NCBI GenBank assembly: GCA_002505695.1
Contig: DAVU01000020.1
Span: 97,107-161,106 of the forward strand
Reading direction: 5' to 3'
Length of the DNA: 64,000 nucleotides
DNA from: Euryarchaeota archaeon UBA487
GTDB taxonomy: Archaea > Thermoplasmatota > Poseidoniia > Poseidoniales > Thalassarchaeaceae
In this document: piece after piece, positions 57,494 to 64,000 of the stretch
Numbering within the stretch: the first letter of the stretch is position 1
Layout of the letters: each line of letters opens with the position of its first letter
Made by a program: the position numbers and the translations under genes
Notes under the pieces: model-generated
Seen by the model: only the letters and a program-made list of their open reading frames with translations
What the model was told of the DNA's origin: nothing
Databases searched by the model: none

Positions 57494-58241
57494 TCGCGAC
57501 TCGAGTGGGTCTCTTGTGGAATTGTGATTTTGTAGAGGTGATTATCGCCATGCCGAGTAGTATAAACAAAGGCCCAATGAAAACGCCGCCTCTACTCCAG
57601 AGTCCGAGAAATGCAAAAAATTGAGTTCTGCGATACGCTTTACCCTGATATGCAGATATAGACGCTGAGATTCCGGCCAATCCAGTTAACATGGTGCCCA
57701 GGGCGATTGCGGTTCCCAGTAAGGCTGAATCATCCAAATGGCTATCTCCCCTCAGATCGATGACATTTGCCTCCCCTTGCCCTCTCTCCATTGAGATAAC
57801 TAACTGAGAGGAGTCTCCGGGAACTATTAGGCGATGCTCGGATACTCTGCCTTGGACATCAACCTCCAAACGAAGTTCCACCCTAGAAACACCCTCGAAG
57901 GAAAATCTGCCGGCAGAATTGGAGAATATAGGTCCTGCAAGAAGATCGCCTTCTAATGTGTATAAGGTCAATGTCGCGTTGTCTATGGGCTCACCACCCG
58001 ATGTCTCGCTTTCCAATGACTCGATTACCATGCCGTCCACATCCGCTGTATTGGCAGAAGTTCTCTGGCCATCCAGAAGATCGGTTGGATTGACGGCTAT
58101 CAACAAAAATCCAAGGGCTACTCCAAGACAAGACCCGATCCCGATTAGGAAAGCTCCTGCCTTTCGAGCACTTGGATCATTTCGCAACTGGCCGCGCCAC
58201 TCCAAGGCCCCTTCTCTCAGCGCGTCTCGGACCATGCTCAT
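57465..58241 (-). CDS. Membrane-anchored protein with beta-rich extracytoplasmic domain (hypothetical)
   Basis: N-terminal TM (GAFLIGIGSCLGVALGFLLIAV) and C-terminal TM (VFIGPLFILLGMAIITST) flank the domain. Confidence 0.4.
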   Translation of the reverse strand: MSMVRDALREGALEWRGQLRNDPSARKAGAFLIGIGSCLGVALGFLLIAVNPTDLLDGQRTSANTADVDGMVIESLESETSGGEPIDNATLTLYTLEGDLLAGPIFSNSAGRFSFEGVSRVELRLEVDVQGRVSEHRLIVPGDSSQLVISMERGQGEANVIDLRGDSHLDDSALLGTAIALGTMLTGLAGISASISAYQGKAYRRTQFFAFLGLWSRGGVFIGPLFILLGMAIITSTKSQFHKRPTRVAIVHNPGDVD

Positions 58242-59155
58242 CCCTCGTCGTTGTCGATGATTAAGTCTGATGGAGATAATTTGGAGTGGATCCCCATGCC
58301 AACTATGAATGAAAATATTGTGATTAGAATTATGCCTCCGACAAGGGTTGGTGTTTCATTCAGCGAGTTTTCCGTATTTTCCGGTGCATTCCCGCCCTCA
58401 GAAAATGAGACTAAGTGCATGTATGTCCAATTCTTCCCGGTGATCCAATATCCCTCGCTATCTTCGTCCCATGCAATGCCATTCATGACTTCATTCCGGT
58501 CCCCAGAAGTACCCGATGGGAGCGCCGATAGGTCTATGCTGGAAAGAACTTCTCCGCTGGATGCTGAGATGATATGGACGAAGGGTGTCATCCACTGATT
58601 TGCCAAGATGTGGTTTCCATGGCATTCTAACTCATTCAAATTCCAGATTTCGTCCTCTTCTCCCACGACAAGACTCCCAATAGGATCCAGCGTTTCCGGG
58701 TCCCTGACAGAAAGTACGTTAGTGCCGTTGGATATGAATAGACGGTCGTCAAAAGAGCAGATGCCCCATCCTTCCCCTTCAAGAGAATGTTCATCGACTT
58801 GAGTAAAGTTATCTTTTTCGAACTCGAAGATAACACCGGATTTCCACGTTAGAACCAATATGGTTTGCCCTGTCACTGTGAGGCCCTCCCCGAAAACCGT
58901 CGACGGCAGGTCTACAGATCTGATCAATGATCCATTTGTTTTTGATATCTCCCTGAGTTGAGAGTACCCATACAGCCCTGTTGATTCGTACATGATACCC
59001 TCATCAATTTCGAGCCCTTGCGTAAAGGCTTGAGGATCATGATCAATACTCTTTATCAGATCATATGTGAATGACTTTGATGCCATGGAAGAAGAAAGGG
59101 GAAGAGTCACGCTGCAGACAACCAAGGCAATGACGGTCAGTCGCATAGTTGCCAT
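58238..59155 (-). CDS. Glutamine (glutaminyl-peptide) cyclotransferase, beta-propeller type, with signal peptide and C-terminal TM anchor
   Basis: Start placed at the signal-peptide Met (MATMRLTVIALVV); Met 59176 (MERRSYV...) is an alternative. The translation aligns along its length with the plant/bacterial QC family (FTQGL, GEGLTVTG, EGWGICSF, NELECHGNHILAN, NGIAWD). The C-terminus is GGIILITIFSFIVGMGI. Confidence 0.7.
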   Translation of the reverse strand: MATMRLTVIALVVCSVTLPLSSSMASKSFTYDLIKSIDHDPQAFTQGLEIDEGIMYESTGLYGYSQLREISKTNGSLIRSVDLPSTVFGEGLTVTGQTILVLTWKSGVIFEFEKDNFTQVDEHSLEGEGWGICSFDDRLFISNGTNVLSVRDPETLDPIGSLVVGEEDEIWNLNELECHGNHILANQWMTPFVHIISASSGEVLSSIDLSALPSGTSGDRNEVMNGIAWDEDSEGYWITGKNWTYMHLVSFSEGGNAPENTENSLNETPTLVGGIILITIFSFIVGMGIHSKLSPSDLIIDNDEG

Positions 59156-59231
59156 GACGTACGAACGACGCTCCATCGATGTTAAAAGTCGTCTCTGAAG
59201 GCTACAATCTAAACCAAGGGGGAACAAGACG

Positions 59232-62200
59232 GTGTTGGGATACTGGTCAGGGCGCCATTCATCGCTCTTATTGGTGATCCTGCTACTTTCCTCGACGGTC
59301 ATATCTCCCTTATCCACTGCGGATGAAGGCACAACATTCGATGAACCTCCACCAGAAGTAGAGAGTTCCGAACAAATCAGATCATATCCAGGCACGGACA
59401 ATGAAGTGTCTTCTGGCTATGTTCAATTAAAGTTAGATTGGATCAACGACGGTTTCCCTGGAAGGGTCGATGCCCTCCAGATTACTCAGTCGAGAACAGC
59501 AGCTAAATCGTGTTCAAATGCATACCAAGAGGGTGATTCAGTCACCGTTAATCAAGGAAGTGATTCAACGCAGGCGACTGTCGCCAAGTTAGGATCTGGA
59601 ATAGCCGTCTTGGTGGAAGTGGGCGTTTCAATACCTCTTACTACGCTCAATGATATTGCAACTACCTGGGACAACACTATAGAACCTACAGTTACAAATT
59701 ACTTTGGCTCCATACCTGACATTGACGACACCTGCACAGTCGAGTTGCTGATACTTGCGATCGACGGCGGGGGCGGCATTGGCGGATATTTCAATCCGGG
59801 ATTGTCCTCCTCTCGAGAGATCATATTCATGGATTCTGACGACTTGTCTTGGAGGAACACAATAATTTCTCATGAGTTCGCACACTTACTTCACTCTGCA
59901 AGAGACCCTGGCGAATACCTGTGGATAGACGAAGGTGCCGCAGATATGGCTTCGTACCTGACATTCGGCTTGACAAACACATTAACCGGCCATGCAAATA
60001 GTTGGACTGAGTCGTCAAACCTATCTGTAAGGTGGTGGAATCAGAGAATCGGCGATTATGGAGCAGGCTTTCTCATGATGCTCTATGTTGTGGATGCTAT
60101 GGGTGGCCCAACCGCATTCCAACGGTTGATTGCTGACACCGCAAAGGGAGCGCAAGGCATAGTGAACTTGGCCTTGAATCCTGAGCCGAGCGCGACGCCA
60201 ATTGGCACCACATTTTCTGATATTTTTGCCAATTTCTCGGCAGCTGCGACATTAGACAGCAACCAACTAGGATTGGGTTTCAGTAATATAGACCTCGCAT
60301 TTGGTTGCTCTACGACTGTCTGTAGGGTGCAATACAGTGGCTTCAACGACACATGGTCTCAGATGGCCACAAGTGGGGTCCAAGAAATAGAAGGCTGGGG
60401 AATTCGCGCATATAGATACACAGGCGGCACCGGTGCCCAACTTAGCATCAGGGTTCAACCATCAGAATCTGGGTTCAGAGGATCACTACTGGAAAGAGAC
60501 TCATCGACCGGGACTTGGTCGATTTCTGAGATGGTAGTCGATCCTGCTACATCAGACTTACTTGCATTGGTAGACTCCTTCGGTGGCGAAACAGATGACG
60601 TCTGGGTTATCGTGAGGTTTGAAAGCGCCATTGGGGACTGTGATTACTCGTACTCCAGCTGTGGCCCTCTCCCTCCCGAGGGGTACCCAGTTGCCTCTGT
60701 GGAGGTTTTCGCCCAGCTTGTCACTGATCCTGCAGAAATTTCGATTTCTGACTATTCCACCTTTGATCGTGACGCGGATGGGATCGATGACTCGGTAGAG
60801 ATGAGCTATCAGGTACTTTCCCAAGCCTTCTATGAAAGGGTCAGCGTCCAGATCGAGGCTGTTGGGGTCGATGGGGGGGTAATATCCACGATGTCGAACA
60901 ATATGATCGTGGGTAACAGCGTGCCCGTAGAAGCCAAGTTTTGGTTCACCCCCCCAACCGATGGTGACTGGACCTTCAGATTGAGCCTACTGAATACTGA
61001 AGGCTTGGAAGTAGATCAGAGCATTGGTTTCATCCCTGCCTTGGGGAATTTGAGGCCATCCGCTCTCGGATCGTCTTCGACAGATAACACACAGCCCTAC
61101 CTCCAGATTGCTTTCTTCGGTTCTGGACTTGACAATTGGGGGATTGGCCTCCAGAATGAGACTTACTCCAACAGTGAAGCCCCCTCTGGATATTCATGGG
61201 ATTTCGGTGACGGCTCCACATCATCACTGAAGAACCCTTACCACGCATATTCGCAGAATGGAAACTACACCGTGACTCTGGTCGTTATCGACCAAGGGGG
61301 GTCAAGTTCGGAATTTGTTACATGGGACATTTTTGTCAATGATTCTACTGATCCAGTTCCTGCAATATCAATCGAAGGACTGGCTATCGAAGGTGGAATA
61401 TCTCTACTCACGGGACAGAGGGTTGCCTTCTCATCTAGACTGACTCAAGACAATATCCCACTCGATTTGCTTTGGTTCCAATGGGACTGGGGTGATGGTG
61501 TTGTGGAGTCTGGTTTTGGCCTGACTGAGGTGAGTCACGCCTGGAATGATGGGGATTCCGACGGAACTGTCTACACTCTGGCACTGACCGTTGATGATGG
61601 AATACACAGAGTTACTTCTGATTACCTGATTACGGTGATGAATAGGCCTCCATCAGTGATACTCTCGCAGCCTCTTCAGACATTTACCCTAACTCCTCTG
61701 ATCTTGCCTGACGTATTCGAGGATGTTGATGGGGCTATTGTTTCTTGGACTTGGGATTTTGAGATCGGTCAAGAGGGCGATGGTGTGAATGTTGGAGGGA
61801 CCTCACTGTCTCTAGGCTCTGATTTCACCCAGACAAGTTCCGACCTAAGGAACCCTCGTGTTGCTTGGAAGACTCCTGGCATTCGAAACGTAACCTTGGA
61901 AGTTGAAGATAATGATGGAAATAGATCCTCACATACATTCTACGTTATGGTTCTCAACCAGAGGCCCCTTGCTGTCATGCCAAGGCCGGTTGATGGAGAA
62001 TCTGGCCAGCAATACGTGTTCGATGCAAGTGCAAGTTACGACCCCGACGGCTTGGTGTCTGATTTAACATACAGATGGGACATCGACGGTGAAATAATCG
62101 AGAATATCTCAACTATCTTCTACTCATTCGAGGAGCCAGGCACTTACTCAATTTCTTTGAGGGTGTTTGATGGCAACGACGAGCCATCTGGGCTCAAGAC

Positions 62201-63320
62201 CTACACAATCGAAATCAGCAACCCACAACCCATCCCAGAGATTGAAGCACGCATAGCGACTGACGGGGATGCTCCAATCACCGGCATGCTAGAGCCAAGT
62301 GATCCCAGCATAACCTGGATGGTACCACACATATCAGACGGAGGGATATTTCTCGCACCCAATCAGCCACTTTACTTGGACGGCACCAAGAGCAGAGACG
62401 GAGACGTCGAATATCTGAATGGCAGCTCAACAAATCCAGAATCAGAGGATTGGACTGGCATTGTCGCTTGGTACTGGGACTTTGGCGACGGCAGCCCGAT
62501 AGTGGAAAGTGAGTCCATCTGGCATTCTTGGTCTCAGCCTGGTGCTTATAGCGTCACATTGACCGTCAGAGATGGGTACCTCACCGGAGATGTACAAAGC
62601 ACCACCATTGAGATACTAGTGTCCGAGCCACCCGTCATTCCTACCCAGAGCATTGTCAACACAGACCAGATAACGGAGGGGGATGTAATCGAAATATCCG
62701 CAGACTTCTACGACCCAGACATAGAGTCGGGAGTTGAGGCGTGGTTGGACAAGGATGCCTTTGTAGATAGCGACTTGGATGGCCTCGATTGGAACGATAG
62801 ACAGTGGCTATTGACTGGGGAGCTTGAAGTCTACTGGGACACTGACATCCTGATCGACCTAGACGAGGATGGGGATCCAGCAAACGATTTCGACTGGGAT
62901 GAAGGCGTCTGGTCCGAAGTGGGAGAGAGGCAGGTTCTGTTGAGGGTATGCGATGGCGTCGGAATTTGCACAGAGAGGGTGTTCGTTGTCACGGTCTACA
63001 GTGGCGAGGTGACTACGGATCCGAAATCACTCGGTGAGCTAACTATCGATGATCTGCGTCCCTCCGAAGAAAACCTCGGAATTCTAGCACTTGTGGCTCT
63101 TCTCGCCACACTCTGGTGGATGATACTTCGTCAGAAGGATGAAGAAGAGGCTGAGGCTGAAGAGTTTGATCAGACCTTCGATGTTCCAGAGGTCGAACGT
63201 GAGGGCGGCCTCCAAGGGATGGACCAGCATGTCGCACCTCCGCAGCCGAAATACTTGACATTGGAAGATAGGCGTGACGAGGATTCAGGATACATTAGGC
63301 CAGTAAGGTCTAGGAAGTGA
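59232..63320 (+). CDS. Secreted HExxH zinc metalloprotease with multiple PKD domains (1362 aa), C-terminal TM anchor and acidic cytoplasmic tail
   Basis: Signal peptide present. HEFAHLLH...E is a zincin motif. At least four or five PKD signatures are present (WDFGDGSTSS, WDWGDGVVES, YRWDIDGEII, WYWDFGDGSPIV). A TM (ILALVALLATLWWMIL) closes the protein. Confidence 0.75.
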   Translation: MLGYWSGRHSSLLLVILLLSSTVISPLSTADEGTTFDEPPPEVESSEQIRSYPGTDNEVSSGYVQLKLDWINDGFPGRVDALQITQSRTAAKSCSNAYQEGDSVTVNQGSDSTQATVAKLGSGIAVLVEVGVSIPLTTLNDIATTWDNTIEPTVTNYFGSIPDIDDTCTVELLILAIDGGGGIGGYFNPGLSSSREIIFMDSDDLSWRNTIISHEFAHLLHSARDPGEYLWIDEGAADMASYLTFGLTNTLTGHANSWTESSNLSVRWWNQRIGDYGAGFLMMLYVVDAMGGPTAFQRLIADTAKGAQGIVNLALNPEPSATPIGTTFSDIFANFSAAATLDSNQLGLGFSNIDLAFGCSTTVCRVQYSGFNDTWSQMATSGVQEIEGWGIRAYRYTGGTGAQLSIRVQPSESGFRGSLLERDSSTGTWSISEMVVDPATSDLLALVDSFGGETDDVWVIVRFESAIGDCDYSYSSCGPLPPEGYPVASVEVFAQLVTDPAEISISDYSTFDRDADGIDDSVEMSYQVLSQAFYERVSVQIEAVGVDGGVISTMSNNMIVGNSVPVEAKFWFTPPTDGDWTFRLSLLNTEGLEVDQSIGFIPALGNLRPSALGSSSTDNTQPYLQIAFFGSGLDNWGIGLQNETYSNSEAPSGYSWDFGDGSTSSLKNPYHAYSQNGNYTVTLVVIDQGGSSSEFVTWDIFVNDSTDPVPAISIEGLAIEGGISLLTGQRVAFSSRLTQDNIPLDLLWFQWDWGDGVVESGFGLTEVSHAWNDGDSDGTVYTLALTVDDGIHRVTSDYLITVMNRPPSVILSQPLQTFTLTPLILPDVFEDVDGAIVSWTWDFEIGQEGDGVNVGGTSLSLGSDFTQTSSDLRNPRVAWKTPGIRNVTLEVEDNDGNRSSHTFYVMVLNQRPLAVMPRPVDGESGQQYVFDASASYDPDGLVSDLTYRWDIDGEIIENISTIFYSFEEPGTYSISLRVFDGNDEPSGLKTYTIEISNPQPIPEIEARIATDGDAPITGMLEPSDPSITWMVPHISDGGIFLAPNQPLYLDGTKSRDGDVEYLNGSSTNPESEDWTGIVAWYWDFGDGSPIVESESIWHSWSQPGAYSVTLTVRDGYLTGDVQSTTIEILVSEPPVIPTQSIVNTDQITEGDVIEISADFYDPDIESGVEAWLDKDAFVDSDLDGLDWNDRQWLLTGELEVYWDTDILIDLDEDGDPANDFDWDEGVWSEVGERQVLLRVCDGVGICTERVFVVTVYSGEVTTDPKSLGELTIDDLRPSEENLGILALVALLATLWWMILRQKDEEEAEAEEFDQTFDVPEVEREGGLQGMDQHVAPPQPKYLTLEDRRDEDSGYIRPVRSRK

Positions 63321-63324
63321 TTAA

Positions 63325-64000
63325 TTGAGGTCGAAAGCCGTCGCGTTTCTAATCGCGATGACGGCTGCCATTAACATCCCTGTGATGCAAACATCGGCCC
63401 AACAATCCTCATGCTCCGTCGGGGCAGATGTGGGGCTCAACTCTTCTCAGGTTGACTTAATTCCCGCGGGTGGATTTGGTTTCTTTGACGATGATTTTTT
63501 TGACGTGTATGATGACGGCGTGTACAACACCAACTACGATTTGGAATCATTGACAGAGGACCAATATGCAGAGGTCCTCATTCCATCTGACGATGCAATA
63601 GCACTGAGGTTGGACCTTGTCAAGGGGTACAGATATCGATTTTGTGTGACATATTACAACGACCCGACTGAAGAGGTGGTTCCCGGGCCCCCGGTTGGGG
63701 ATGTTTACCTACTTGCCAGTGGTGATTTTGACATATACAGAACTGATTATGACACGAGGATGGAGACATGGTGGTCAGAGGGCTTGGAACAGATACCCCT
63801 TGAGTGGAGGGACATGGCCACCTGGCTTCCCTTCAGGGATGTACACGCATATGAAAGCATACAACAAACCGAGTTTACGACTTCCATAGACTCCGAGCAA
63901 GAGGCTTTCATAGACTGGTTTGGGAATGATCCCGAGAATTACATGTACCTCGTACTCGACAATTGGAACTCATCCCGACCAGGCAGTCAATCCCAAGCGG
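63325..64000 (+). CDS. Secreted acidic protein; TTG start inferred; 3' end lies outside the window
   Basis: The reading frame is open from the stop at 63322 to the window end. A TTG at 63325 gives MRSKAVAFLIAMTAAINIPVMQ, a signal peptide. The first ATG is at 63358. The protein is Asp/Tyr-rich. Confidence 0.45.
   Translation, partial: MRSKAVAFLIAMTAAINIPVMQTSAQQSSCSVGADVGLNSSQVDLIPAGGFGFFDDDFFDVYDDGVYNTNYDLESLTEDQYAEVLIPSDDAIALRLDLVKGYRYRFCVTYYNDPTEEVVPGPPVGDVYLLASGDFDIYRTDYDTRMETWWSEGLEQIPLEWRDMATWLPFRDVHAYESIQQTEFTTSIDSEQEAFIDWFGNDPENYMYLVLDNWNSSRPGSQSQA

Noticed and set aside
1-64000. CRISPR arrays, cas genes, restriction-modification or toxin-antitoxin modules
   Set aside because: No regularly spaced direct repeats are visible in the intergenic regions, and none of the CDS translations resemble Cas proteins, methyltransferases, or typical TA or defence-system proteins.

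Overview
This 64 kb window looks archaeal and is densely coding on both strands: about 50 CDS, 2 tRNA genes, and no CRISPR array, transposase or integrase. The combination of features suggests a Marine Group II / Poseidoniales-like euryarchaeon, though the lineage call is inference. The features pointing that way are the archaeal aroA'/aroB' shikimate genes, a GHMP-type shikimate kinase, an H/ACA Gar1-like protein, two-subunit 2-oxoacid:ferredoxin oxidoreductase, a bacterial-type gpsA, and several giant membrane-anchored surface hydrolases. In window order the content is: a Mo-hydroxylase large-subunit C-terminus plus FAD subunit; a DUF4350-like/MoxR/DUF58/membrane operon; the aroA'-aroB'-aroK-aroC operon; exonuclease III; a MacB-like ABC exporter with an accessory membrane protein; tRNA-Leu(UAG); gpsA; phnCE without phnD; a secreted protein; a Gar1-like protein with a RanBP2-type zinc finger and RG-rich tail; a 2165-aa FG-GAP surface protein; aconitase; a membrane cyclophilin; korAB; tRNA-Gln(CUG); a GYD protein; an aldo/keto reductase; CrcB; an FeS-BCP-like photolyase followed by a Nudix-MBL fusion; LemA; an alpha/beta hydrolase; a 1536-aa S8 subtilase with a cytoplasmic zinc-ribbon tail; Maf; Nfu divergent from sufCBD; a thymidylate kinase with a long C-terminal extension; a membrane-anchored glutaminyl cyclase divergent from a 1362-aa HExxH-PKD metalloprotease; and a partial secreted protein at the 3' edge. 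No single obviously novel multi-gene system stands out. The most notable items are the bacterial-type G3P dehydrogenase in an archaeal context, the eukaryote-like Gar1 architecture, the surface-protease/glutaminyl-cyclase cluster, the Nudix-MBL and Tmk fusions, and the orphan phnCE.
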